This document shows, one piece after another, positions 29,146 to 38,607 of a DNA stretch of 64,000 nt. The notes under the pieces were generated by a model. That model was not told where the DNA came from. It did not search any database and was given only the letters and a program-made list of their open reading frames with translations. A program made the translations under genes and the position numbers. Numbering within the stretch: position 1 is the stretch's first letter; every line of letters starts with the position of its first letter. The DNA comes from Alphaproteobacteria bacterium (GTDB lineage Bacteria; Pseudomonadota; Alphaproteobacteria; Caedimonadales; UBA9215), in the NCBI GenBank assembly GCA_009993885.1, contig JAACSN010000011.1, positions 28,654 to 92,653 of the forward strand, written 5' to 3'.

Positions 29146-29349
29146 CGGCGGCGTTATCCTTTAAAAGTTCCGAGTGTCACGATCTGCTTTTAGGGTAGGG
29201 CATAGAGGTGCAGATCTCTACTCTTCAAATTTCACAAAGAGTAAACGTTGGTGCGTGCCTTCTGTAAAGACAAGTTTTCCAAACAATAGATGTTTTTTTG
29301 TGTGGGGCAAAAGTTGCAAGGAACTTCAGATCCTAAACTTTTCAAGCCT

Positions 29350-30195
29350 TTAATCAGATTCCGGTTTTAAAAACGCAATAAGCGCTGCAATCCCAAGACC
29401 TCCGGTTATCAGAGCATAGGTGTGCCAATGTTTTTCTAAGTGTGAGGCGGGAATGTCCGATTTTGAAAAGCTGCCGGCGAGAACAAGACAGGGATTTTCT
29501 TTTTGAGAAGATTTTGAACGAGAGTCTGAAATGCCGTCCAATATATCCTGTTCTATCCGCTCTTGTTTTTGCAGAGCATGGATCCTTTCAAGTCTTTGAA
29601 GATACGTGTAAATTTCAATAGCAGCCGCAAGATCAATTTTCATACTTGTTTGCAAAAGATTGATGATTTCTTCGCCAAGGGCTTGGATTAGGAAATCCAC
29701 TTGGTGCTTTTTAGCAATTCGAGAAACATCGGCATTTTCCTGAATATTTGTTCTTAAACGATGAAAATTATCCCGAATAAGCTGAGAAGCGTGTTTGAGT
29801 TGTAGATCGGAGATACCTTGATCGTGATAAGATTCTTCATAAGGATTTTCATCCAAATCTTCCAAATGGCACACATACATAAAAGCAGCAACAATTTCTC
29901 CCATTGAAAGGGGAAGAGCGTGTTGTGCTTCCATAATCAGTTGTGAGCTAATGAAGTTGTTTAATTGTTCTTGTTGTCCCGAAGAAAGTTGTGCATAGTC
30001 AATATCTTCTCCAAAGGGACGGGTGGCGATAACACTTCGTTTGATTTCATCGTGGTGTTCCTTTAAGAATTTTGCCACAAGAGTTGTTGCATTCTCTGAA
30101 GCGATTTCGTGATGTTGGTATTCGGCGCTGGCTAAGCAAGGGGTATTTTCCAGAAAAGACATTGTTATTAAAGCAATAATTGTTTTTTTATGCAT
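29350..30195 (-). CDS. Hypothetical protein with a signal peptide and a C-terminal membrane anchor
   Basis: MHKKTIIALI...CLA-S, C-terminal ALITGGLGIAALIAFL, AAGGGGA RBS. Confidence 0.75.
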   Translation of the reverse strand: MHKKTIIALITMSFLENTPCLASAEYQHHEIASENATTLVAKFLKEHHDEIKRSVIATRPFGEDIDYAQLSSGQQEQLNNFISSQLIMEAQHALPLSMGEIVAAFMYVCHLEDLDENPYEESYHDQGISDLQLKHASQLIRDNFHRLRTNIQENADVSRIAKKHQVDFLIQALGEEIINLLQTSMKIDLAAAIEIYTYLQRLERIHALQKQERIEQDILDGISDSRSKSSQKENPCLVLAGSFSKSDIPASHLEKHWHTYALITGGLGIAALIAFLKPESD

Positions 30196-30352
30196 GATAT
30201 TCCCCTTAACTTTGTCTTTATATTGTCATAACACAAGGTAAATAAAGTATGAATATATTTTGATATTTTGGCTTGGAGTGGTCGGATCAATCTTCTCTTC
30301 ATTCAGGGTAAGAATCTTGCTACACTCAAAAAATAGAATCAGGGAGATAATC

Positions 30353-31414
30353 ATGGGCAGAAACTTTTCTATACTTCTTCTTTTAGCGGTGTTAACAGCC
30401 TGTTCGTCAAATGTTCAACAACCCCATACGGTTTATGATGTCCATGCTAGTTTTTCAACGCCCCCTTCAAGGGATGGCGAGGATCATATGGATGACCCTG
30501 CAATTTATGTCAACGACAAGGATCCTTTGAAAAGCTTTGTGATCGGTACGAACAAAAGTCGTGTCGGGGGTGGTTTGCACCTCTATGATTTAGAAGGGAA
30601 CGAAATCGATTTTGTAGCCGACGGACGTATGAATAATGTGGATCTTCGGTATGGCTTTCCCTTAAGAACCCCTCAAGGCGTAGAAAAAATTGATCTTGCG
30701 GTTGCAACGCATCGCTCTCAAAAGAGTATTGCTATTTACAAAGTTGATGCTAAGGCGCGCCGTTTGATAAATGTTACAGCCGACGGATTTTCCTTTGATT
30801 TTTCTCCCTACGGGGGATGTCTCTATCATAACCGCCAAACCGATAAATTCTATTTCTTTGCAACGTCCAAACCCGGAAAGGTTCAGCAAATTGAATTGGT
30901 GGATCAAGGAAACGGAAAGATTGGGGCAAAGAGTGTTCGTTTTTTTGACGTGGGTTCTATTTGCGAGGGGTGCGTTGCCGATGACGAGAACGGCACTCTT
31001 TTTGTGGCTGAAGAAGATGTTGCCGTTTGGAAATATAGCGCAGACCCTTTAGGGGGCACGGCGCGGGAAAAAGTTGATGCTGTCGGGCAACACCTAGTAG
31101 CTGATATTGAAGGACTGACTCTTTACCACGGGGCGGATGGAACGGGGTATTTGATTGCCTCGTCTCAAGGCAATAGCACTTACGTTGTTTATGAACGTCA
31201 AGCGCCCCATCGCTATGCGGGTACTTTTCAAATTTCGTCTAAAGGCACAATGGAAGGGACGGAGGAAACCGACGGTATTGACGTAACGCACCATGCGCTG
31301 CCCAATTTTCCTAAGGGGCTCTTTGTTGCTCATGATAACCGTTCCACGAAAGGAGGCGGTTCAAATTTCAAATTCGTTTCTTGGGAGCAAATAGCCCGAG
31401 GGCTCAAGAAATAA
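30353..31414 (+). CDS. Beta-propeller phytase (3-phytase), lipoprotein
   Basis: Lipobox LTAC, DDPAIY, GRMNNVDLR, EGCVAD, DIEGL, LIASSQG, TDGIDV and NFKFVSW. Confidence 0.93.
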   Translation: MGRNFSILLLLAVLTACSSNVQQPHTVYDVHASFSTPPSRDGEDHMDDPAIYVNDKDPLKSFVIGTNKSRVGGGLHLYDLEGNEIDFVADGRMNNVDLRYGFPLRTPQGVEKIDLAVATHRSQKSIAIYKVDAKARRLINVTADGFSFDFSPYGGCLYHNRQTDKFYFFATSKPGKVQQIELVDQGNGKIGAKSVRFFDVGSICEGCVADDENGTLFVAEEDVAVWKYSADPLGGTAREKVDAVGQHLVADIEGLTLYHGADGTGYLIASSQGNSTYVVYERQAPHRYAGTFQISSKGTMEGTEETDGIDVTHHALPNFPKGLFVAHDNRSTKGGGSNFKFVSWEQIARGLKK

Positions 31415-31418
31415 CCGC

Positions 31419-31458
31419 AAAGGGCTTACTCGGAGCATTGTTCTGATGTAAGCCCTTT
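31419..31458. terminator. Hairpin between the convergent phytase and ydbL genes
   Basis: AAAGGGCTTAC...GTAAGCCCTTT inverted repeat. Confidence 0.7.
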
Positions 31459-31487
31459 CTTAGGGTGTGGAATTTTATTAGGAAATT

Positions 31488-31775
31488 CTATAGACGACCG
31501 GCAGCTTCTTGAGCAACCTGAGCGGGAGTGGCGCCTGTTTGACGCGCAACGTCTTCATAGGAGGCGCGCCGTTGTTGATTGATTGCGGCTGCAATGGCTT
31601 CTCCTTCAGGCGACAGAGCCCTGACATAGCCGTCGCCTCTTTCCTCAATCAGTTTCTTTTGCTTGGCTTCTTGGGCTGACATATGGGCTTGCACAGGTGT
31701 GGGGATGCTTAAAACAGTTGCGCTAATGAAGCCGGCAAGACTTAAAGAGATTATTTTACGGAGTATTTTTTTCAT
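31488..31775 (-). CDS. ydbL: YdbL family protein (DUF1318)
   Basis: Signal peptide, AKQKKLIEERGDGY and INQQRRASY..VA. Confidence 0.85.
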   Translation of the reverse strand: MKKILRKIISLSLAGFISATVLSIPTPVQAHMSAQEAKQKKLIEERGDGYVRALSPEGEAIAAAINQQRRASYEDVARQTGATPAQVAQEAAGRL

Positions 31776-31786
31776 TGTTCGTTTCC

Positions 31787-32002
31787 TTAGAAGATATCCG
31801 GATTTTCCTTGATAACTTTGTCAAGCTCGCGGTCTACTTTCACTTTTAGTTTATGATCGATTTTCAAGTTGATGTTGACTTCAATAGGCTTTTTGGGCGC
31901 CTTAACCGTCACAACAGGAGAGCAAGAAAGAAGTAACAACGACAAGGTTATCGGAAGGCTATTTAATAACTTTTTGGTTTTTAATAAAAGCAATTTATTC
32001 AT
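31787..32002 (-). CDS. ynbE: YnbE family lipoprotein
   Basis: LLSC-SP.V.V.APKKPIEVNINLKIDH..KVKVDRELD......PDIF. Confidence 0.9.
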   Translation of the reverse strand: MNKLLLLKTKKLLNSLPITLSLLLLSCSPVVTVKAPKKPIEVNINLKIDHKLKVKVDRELDKVIKENPDIF

Positions 32003-33800
32003 GTGAATTCTTCAGAATATTTTTATTTAATTTACCATCAGAGAGCATAACGTCAAGACTTTTTTGAATGATCTCTTCTAAAGGGCCTTTTACATTGATG
32101 CGGAAATGAAAAGGGTAGCCTTCTAAAACTTTAGGATTATGACCTTTGATGTCTAACAGGAGTTCCGTATCTTTATGGGGGATTTTTCTAATATCTGCCT
32201 TAAAGTCACTGAATTCAAAGTTTTCTAAGGCCTGTGATATTAACGACGTTGAGTCGTGATCGGTGGGTAAAACTTTGGTGTGGGGGCGATAACGAATATA
32301 GCCGTTGCTTGTTGTGTTGGCGAATCCCGTATCGATTGTGATGCTAAAATCAGAGTGAATTTTTACGGGAAGGGTGCCTTTTAAAGTTCCTTTGGCGCTT
32401 AATCCTTCTATATCGGCAATTTTTGTGAGCGCATACAAAGAAACATCTCTGAAGGTCACATCGAAAGCAATGGGAAAGGTCAACGGCCAAAGGGAAATAG
32501 GCGTGGTTTTTAGGGAGCCTCCTGCAAAATCAAAAGAAAGGCTCTCGGCTCTTAGTCCTTTTTTTTCTGTGGCACCGTAAATGATTTTTCCGTTTTGAAG
32601 GTCAAGGGGGCCTTTAACGGATTGGATGCGCATGATTTGTTGAGGGGGTATTAAAAGAGGAGAAACTCCCTTAAGGTGAAGTGTGGTTTCAATACCGTCA
32701 ATATTATATCCGGGTTCTGTTATTTTTCCTTCTAAAAGAGTGATCATAAGGGACAAATCCAAGTTTTTTTTTGTCCATTTAATCCTTCCCGTTGTGCTTA
32801 GTTTTCCTGAAAATGTCTTTAAGAAGGAAGGTAATTTTTTCCGGAGGCTCTCAAAAGATTTGTCATTTTTTTTAAAGACTAACGAATTTGAGGTGAGTGT
32901 TGTGTAACCTGTTCCTGTAAAAGAATGTTCGCCTGCTCCGTTGAGGGTAAAGGCGCCGGAGGGGAGGGATAAAACAAACTTAAAATCCACTTTATCCTGT
33001 AAGTCTGTTCGCCCGTTCAATTGAAGGTGAAAAGGCGCAAAATCCGTCCCATATAATATATTTTTTGCTGTTAGGCTATAGACAAGTTCTTGGTTTTTTA
33101 AATGGATTTCTCCTATGATTTCTTTTGCCTTAAGTGTATCCGTAGGGAATAAAGAACCTTCGGAAATTGTAAGAGTACCTGCGAAAGCTTCTTTAAAGGG
33201 GAGGTCTGACGTCATCCTAACCGCATACGACCCTTTTAAGGTAGCCTTTGACGATAGAATCTGCCAAGACCCGTTTGAGGAGAGAAACCGTTCGGGTTGG
33301 AGAAGGAAAGAATGCGGCTTGAGCCTAAGGGAATAAGGGCCATAGGCTGCATGCTCTCCTTTAAGAGTCACTCGTTTTATCTCGGTTTCTAAAATAGAAA
33401 AGCCCAAAGCCGGCAAAACAAAAAGATCGGCGTTGTTTTTAGGAGGCATCTGTTTATTCAAAAACGGAAGATCAGGAAGAGAAAGAGTATTGTTCCGGTC
33501 TATGTTCAAAGGAATATTGAGACCGTCGATGATAATTTTTTTAATTTCTTTTTTATAGAGCCTTCCGTAATCAAAATAAAGAGACACTTTTTGAATGAAG
33601 GGCGTATTCTCTTGGTTTGGTGCAAAATGAACCCCTTTAAAGGTCACCCGGTGCCATCTGATTTGTACGGAATCCCAATGAATATTGTAAGTCTCGTTGA
33701 TGTGTTTTTTTGCAAAAAAGAAAAGAGAGAATGCAGCGAGAAACGAAAGGACAATGCCTGTTGTCAAAAGCCGAAAGAGTATTTTTAAGGTTCGTTTCAT
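31995..33800 (-). CDS. ydbH: YdbH-family intermembrane lipid-bridge protein
   Basis: N-terminal TM segment, beta-rich body, G.L.G.LP and ALENFEF...GHNP....YPFHFRINV. Upstream of ynbE-ydbL. Confidence 0.85.
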   Translation of the reverse strand: MKRTLKILFRLLTTGIVLSFLAAFSLFFFAKKHINETYNIHWDSVQIRWHRVTFKGVHFAPNQENTPFIQKVSLYFDYGRLYKKEIKKIIIDGLNIPLNIDRNNTLSLPDLPFLNKQMPPKNNADLFVLPALGFSILETEIKRVTLKGEHAAYGPYSLRLKPHSFLLQPERFLSSNGSWQILSSKATLKGSYAVRMTSDLPFKEAFAGTLTISEGSLFPTDTLKAKEIIGEIHLKNQELVYSLTAKNILYGTDFAPFHLQLNGRTDLQDKVDFKFVLSLPSGAFTLNGAGEHSFTGTGYTTLTSNSLVFKKNDKSFESLRKKLPSFLKTFSGKLSTTGRIKWTKKNLDLSLMITLLEGKITEPGYNIDGIETTLHLKGVSPLLIPPQQIMRIQSVKGPLDLQNGKIIYGATEKKGLRAESLSFDFAGGSLKTTPISLWPLTFPIAFDVTFRDVSLYALTKIADIEGLSAKGTLKGTLPVKIHSDFSITIDTGFANTTSNGYIRYRPHTKVLPTDHDSTSLISQALENFEFSDFKADIRKIPHKDTELLLDIKGHNPKVLEGYPFHFRINVKGPLEEIIQKSLDVMLSDGKLNKNILKNSHE

Positions 33801-34105
33801 TAAATGGTTTTTCTCACGTTCCTCTTAAGCTTACTCTATGAGCTAAATAATTTAAAGCTGTGTTGAGATATGTAGAGATTCCAAAAAGCCTCGGGTGTCG
33901 TTCCCGTTCTTCTTATTTCTATAGAACAGCTATCGCTCGAACCGGATTGTCTTTGGAAAGAGTCTCCTGCAGGCGGTAAATGGTTAATGTTCTTAGGATA
34001 AAACAAGGGAAGCGCCTCTTTTCGATCCATGTTCTAGAAGAGGGGCTTAGATTTTAAATCGGGGTATGGAGTGATCGTTTACTTTCTGCACAAACTGATT
34101 TCTTC

Positions 34106-36544
34106 TTATGCCTTCGCTTTTTTAGGGGTAGCTGTTTTTTTCGTAGGCGTTTTTTTAGGGACTGCCTTTTTTGCAACAGTTTTCTTTGCCCCCGGTTTCT
34201 TAGCAGCAGGTGCTTTTTCTTTTTTCACAGGTGCATTGGCAATGATTTCAACCGCATCGTCAAGGGTCAGTTTAAGGTGGTCAATATCTTTGGGAATGGA
34301 AGTGAATTTTCCTTGGTATTTCACATAAGGCCCAAAGCGCCCTTGACCAAGGATAATTTCTTCATTGGTTTCCGGATGGTTGCCCAAGGTTTTAGGAAGG
34401 GCTCCCAATGTCAGGGCGTCTTCAAGGGTCGCTTCATCGGGGGTTTTTCCTTTTGGCAGCGCAACGCGTTTTGGTTTTTCCTTTGCCTTCGCTTCTCCCC
34501 ACTGAAAATAAAATCCATAAGGGCCTTTCCTCACCGTGATATCAAGACCGCTTTCAGGATCTTGGCCGAGAATCTTTGGCTCAAATTTGGCAGCCATATC
34601 AAAGCCTTCAATGGCTTCTTCATCAGTTTTTGCTTTGCCCAGTTGGCGTGTATTATTACAATCCGGATAATTAGAGCAGCCCACAAAAGCACCATAGCGA
34701 CCCAGTTTAAGGCTAAGTTGCCCCTCATTGCAGGAGGTACACTTGCGGGGGTCTTTGCCTTCTTCGAGAACCGGAAAAAGAAAGGCGCCCAATTGCTCGT
34801 TGAGAAAATCAATGACTTCTGTGATGCGTAACGGAGCTGTTTCGTCAACGGCCTTCTTGAAAGGGATCCAAAAATCCTGAAGAGCTTTTTCCCATTTTTC
34901 ATTTCCCTCTGCAATGCCGTCCAGTTGCTCTTCGAGATCGGCGGTAAAATCATATTCCAGGTATTTTTGAAAATATTGCACCAAGAATGTGGTGACGACA
35001 CGTCCCAGACCTTCGGGAATTAATTGACGTTTTTCAAGGCGCACGTAGGAGCGATCCAAGAGGGTCGACATGATAGACGCATAGGTTGACGGACGACCGA
35101 TGCCAAGTTCTTCCAAGCGTTTAACAAGGGAAGCTTCCGTAAAGCGCGGCGGGGGTTGGGTGAAATGTTGATTGGGGGTGACCTGTTTAAGATCGACCTT
35201 TTCGCCTTCTTTCACATCGGGCAAACGTTGGTTGTTTTCGTCTTCCTCGTTATCTTGACCCTCTTCATAGAGTTTTAGAAAACCGTCAAACAATAAGGTT
35301 GAGCCTGTTGCTCGAAAGGTTATTTGTTGATCTTTGGAGGTAAGATCAATGGTGAGTTGATTGAATTTTGCGCTTTCCATTTGAGAGGAAACCATACGTT
35401 TCCAAATTAAGTCATAAAGCTTAAATTGATCATCGTCTAAGGCCGATCTGACAGACTCAGGTGTGCGAGAAAGGTCTGTGGGTCTGACGGCTTCATGGGC
35501 TTCTTGAGCGTTTTTCGCTTTGCTTTTATAGGTACGCTGTGACTCGGGAAGATATTCTTTACCATAAGCTTTTTCAATATGAAACCTTGTGGCATCAAGC
35601 GCTTCTTGAGCAACGGTAACACTGTCCGTACGCATATAGGTAATCAAACCGACGGTCTCGCCGCCAAGGGAAATTCCTTCGTAAAGACGTTGAGCCAGTT
35701 GCATCGTGCGTTTAGACCCAAAACGTAGTTTTCTGGAGGCTTCTTGTTGTAAGGTAGAGGTTGTAAACGGTGCCGTCGGGTTACGTTTTGTTTGTTTGCG
35801 TTCAACTTTAGATACGTCATAAGTTTGAGCTTGGATTGCGGCAAGAGCTGTTTTTGCATCCCCCTCGGAAACGAGGGTGAATTTTTCGAGTTTTTCGCCG
35901 TTTAAGTGCGTGAGGCGTGTTTCGAAATCCTTTCCGGTTGTCGTTGCAAAAAGCCCTAAAACGGACCAGTATTCTTGGGCGACGAATTTTTCAATTTCAG
36001 CTTCTCGGTCGGTAATAATACGCAAGGCAACGGATTGTACGCGACCGGCTGAGCGACTACCGGGCAGTTTACGCCACAAAATGGGCGAGAGATTAAAGCC
36101 CACTAAATAGTCAAGGGCGCGCCGTGCAAGATAGGCTTGAATAAGAGCTTCATCTAAGGGGCGAGGATTGTCTATGGCTTTTAAAATGGCAGTCTTAGTG
36201 ATTTCGTGGAAAACCACACGGGAAAAAGGTTTATCTTTAATGGTCTTTTGTTCTTGGAGAACTTTTTGGACATGCCAAGAAATGGCTTCTCCTTCGCGAT
36301 CAGGGTCAGTTGCGAGAAGAATTTCATCGGATTTTTTCGCAGCGGCAATAAGGTCGGCCACTTGTTTTTTCGAGCGATTATCCATCGCCCACTTCATCTT
36401 AAAATGATCTTCAGGGTCAACAGACCCGTCCTTTGACGGGAGATCACGGACGTGTCCGTAACTGGCGAGAACAATGTAATCTTTACCAAGATATTTATTG
36501 ATGGTTTTAGCTTTAGCGGGGGACTCAACAACAACGAGTTTCAT
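34106..36544 (-). CDS. topA: DNA topoisomerase I
   Basis: VESPAKAKTI, ATDPDREGEAI, SAGRVQS, ITYMRTD, a zinc finger and a Lys-rich tail. Confidence 0.99.
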   Translation of the reverse strand: MKLVVVESPAKAKTINKYLGKDYIVLASYGHVRDLPSKDGSVDPEDHFKMKWAMDNRSKKQVADLIAAAKKSDEILLATDPDREGEAISWHVQKVLQEQKTIKDKPFSRVVFHEITKTAILKAIDNPRPLDEALIQAYLARRALDYLVGFNLSPILWRKLPGSRSAGRVQSVALRIITDREAEIEKFVAQEYWSVLGLFATTTGKDFETRLTHLNGEKLEKFTLVSEGDAKTALAAIQAQTYDVSKVERKQTKRNPTAPFTTSTLQQEASRKLRFGSKRTMQLAQRLYEGISLGGETVGLITYMRTDSVTVAQEALDATRFHIEKAYGKEYLPESQRTYKSKAKNAQEAHEAVRPTDLSRTPESVRSALDDDQFKLYDLIWKRMVSSQMESAKFNQLTIDLTSKDQQITFRATGSTLLFDGFLKLYEEGQDNEEDENNQRLPDVKEGEKVDLKQVTPNQHFTQPPPRFTEASLVKRLEELGIGRPSTYASIMSTLLDRSYVRLEKRQLIPEGLGRVVTTFLVQYFQKYLEYDFTADLEEQLDGIAEGNEKWEKALQDFWIPFKKAVDETAPLRITEVIDFLNEQLGAFLFPVLEEGKDPRKCTSCNEGQLSLKLGRYGAFVGCSNYPDCNNTRQLGKAKTDEEAIEGFDMAAKFEPKILGQDPESGLDITVRKGPYGFYFQWGEAKAKEKPKRVALPKGKTPDEATLEDALTLGALPKTLGNHPETNEEIILGQGRFGPYVKYQGKFTSIPKDIDHLKLTLDDAVEIIANAPVKKEKAPAAKKPGAKKTVAKKAVPKKTPTKKTATPKKAKA

Positions 36545-36570
36545 AAGAATGGAAGCCTTTAGTCTTTTTA

Positions 36571-37800
36571 TTAGGTTGATATTTTATTGCCTGGGTGTCT
36601 TGTTATTTTGCCTGCCAACTCAAGTTCTAAAAGGGCAGAGAGGACTATTGATGATGAGTAAGAGCACTCTCTGATCAGTTCGTCAAGGAAAATCGGAGCG
36701 CTGCTTAAGTGATCCGTAATTTTTTTATACAAATCTTTTGCTGTCTTGGAATCAGGCTCGATAAGCTCTTCAAGGTAATTGTTTTGTTCGTCTGCTTGCT
36801 CTTGTTCAAAAACAGCCTCTTTCATGATTTGACGGTAGGGTTCGTTTAAGGCGTCAAGAATATCCTGAGCTTTGGTTACAAGGGTCGCCCCATTCCGAAT
36901 CAGGGCGTTACTGCCGCGATAGCGCGGATCCATGGGAGAACCGGGAACAACAAAAACATCTCTATTTTGTTCTGCAGCATAACGAGCCGTAATGAGGGAT
37001 CCCGATTGAAGGGCTGCTTCCACAACAATAACGCCTTGAGAAAGCCCTGAAATCAAACGATTTCGCCGTGGAAAAAGGGTGCTTTGAGGTTCCGTTCCAA
37101 TAATAGATTCGGCAATAATCACCCCCTGTTCTTTAATTCGGGCAAAAAGAGCCTCGTGTTCCGGAGGATAAATTTTATCAATACCGCCTGCAATAACGGC
37201 AATGGTTCCTGTGGCAAGAGAGCTTTGGTGAGCTTGTCCGTCAATACCCCGAGCCAACCCTGAAATAATCGTATATCCCTCTTGACCCAGACTTTCTGCT
37301 AATTGTTGCACCATCTTTTTCCCGTTAAGAGAGCAATTTCGTGCTCCGACGACGGCAATACCGGGACGTTTAAAAAGTGTCGGGTTGCCGTGAATGCTTA
37401 AAACAGGAGGGGCTTCATTGAGGTCGCGTAAGGCCTTCGGGTAGTCTTTTTCACCCTCGATGACAAGGCGAGCCCCAAGTTTTTCGTGGGCTTTTAATTC
37501 TTGGTGAACCTTTTCTTTAGAATAAAGTTTAAGAGGCGCTCTAAGGCCGCCGCGATTCGCAAGGTCGGGCAGCGCTTCAAGGGCAATTATAGCTGTTTTA
37601 TAGCGTTTAATAAGGTTGCGATAAGTAACGGGGCCAACATTTTGAGAACGATAAAGACAAATGCGCGCAATTTTTTCTTGATCGCTTAGGGGAGAAGGGA
37701 GGGCGCGTTCTTGTATCTCGTGTGCATTTTCCGGGGGAAGGTTTCCAAAGTAAAGCTCCCCGTTTTGAAATACGTTTTGTTTATTTGGGAGCCTTGCCAA
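36571..37800 (-). CDS. dprA: DNA processing protein DprA
   Basis: AVVGAR, SGLARGID, FPRRNRLISG and VEAA..SGSLITA. Confidence 0.97.
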   Translation of the reverse strand: MARLPNKQNVFQNGELYFGNLPPENAHEIQERALPSPLSDQEKIARICLYRSQNVGPVTYRNLIKRYKTAIIALEALPDLANRGGLRAPLKLYSKEKVHQELKAHEKLGARLVIEGEKDYPKALRDLNEAPPVLSIHGNPTLFKRPGIAVVGARNCSLNGKKMVQQLAESLGQEGYTIISGLARGIDGQAHQSSLATGTIAVIAGGIDKIYPPEHEALFARIKEQGVIIAESIIGTEPQSTLFPRRNRLISGLSQGVIVVEAALQSGSLITARYAAEQNRDVFVVPGSPMDPRYRGSNALIRNGATLVTKAQDILDALNEPYRQIMKEAVFEQEQADEQNNYLEELIEPDSKTAKDLYKKITDHLSSAPIFLDELIRECSYSSSIVLSALLELELAGKITRHPGNKIST

Positions 37801-38491
37801 TTTTTTTCTCCTGCCCTGTTAAAAGTCTCTTTATATTATCTCGGTGAGCCCAGAATACAAGAGCAGATAACACGAATAGCCGGATAGTTTGTTGCCAAGG
37901 AGCAAAAGAAAGGGCTAAAACGGGCAATAGCCCGAAAGAAATAAGGCCTGCAAGGGAAGAAATGCGAAAGACCGCTGCGCTGATGAGCCAAATTAAAAGA
38001 CCGACCAAAGCAAGAGGCCATGAAAATGCGAGGAGAACCCCAAGTCCCGTTGCGATACCTTTACCGCCTTTGAAATGAAGCCAGCAAGGGTACATATGCC
38101 CAAGGACGGGTACTAAGAGAAGAGAGTCGTATAAGGGGGTTGTAAAAAGAGTCGATGGGGCATAGCGCTGCAAAAGAAGGATTGGGATAAGGCCTTTGAG
38201 CAAATCAAAAGTAAGGGTTAAAAAAGCCGCTGTTTTACTTCCTGTGCGCAAGACATTCGAGGTTCCTATGTTACCGGATCCGAGGTTGCGCACATCTTTC
38301 TTCGTAAATGCTTTTGCAATGAATAGTCCGAAGGGAATAGAACCGGAAAGGTAGAGCAAAAATAAGAGCGCTGCTTGCTTGATCAGGCCTTTTTGATCTG
38401 AAAAGTCCGTGCCAAAAAGAGCCGTGCTGATAAGGACAATCCCTAAACAAGCCATATAAACGAGAAGAAAGTTTCTAAAAATCGCGCGCAT
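37781..38491 (-). CDS. plsY: Glycerol-3-phosphate acyltransferase PlsY
   Basis: GSIPFG, GSGNIGTSNVLR, FKGGKGIAT and HRDNIKRL. Confidence 0.96.
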   Translation of the reverse strand: MRAIFRNFLLVYMACLGIVLISTALFGTDFSDQKGLIKQAALLFLLYLSGSIPFGLFIAKAFTKKDVRNLGSGNIGTSNVLRTGSKTAAFLTLTFDLLKGLIPILLLQRYAPSTLFTTPLYDSLLLVPVLGHMYPCWLHFKGGKGIATGLGVLLAFSWPLALVGLLIWLISAAVFRISSLAGLISFGLLPVLALSFAPWQQTIRLFVLSALVFWAHRDNIKRLLTGQEKKIGKAPK

Positions 38492-38607
38492 TTTTTACCC
38501 TTAGTTTTTTTATAATTTATATAGGATTCTGTAAAAAAGGGTAGGGTGTTTCTTTCTTTTTAAGAAAGGGTGTCACCGGAAAGAGACGGGAGGAGGGTTC
38601 ACTTTTC

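Noticed and set aside
29200-29290. AGAGGTGC...AGAGTA resembling a lysine riboswitch start
   Set aside because: It lies between convergent gene ends, and the remaining conserved helices are not found.
34106-34230. Histone-like Lys/Ala/Pro tail on TopA
   Set aside because: This is a common TopA C-terminal feature, not a separate gene or a novel repeat.
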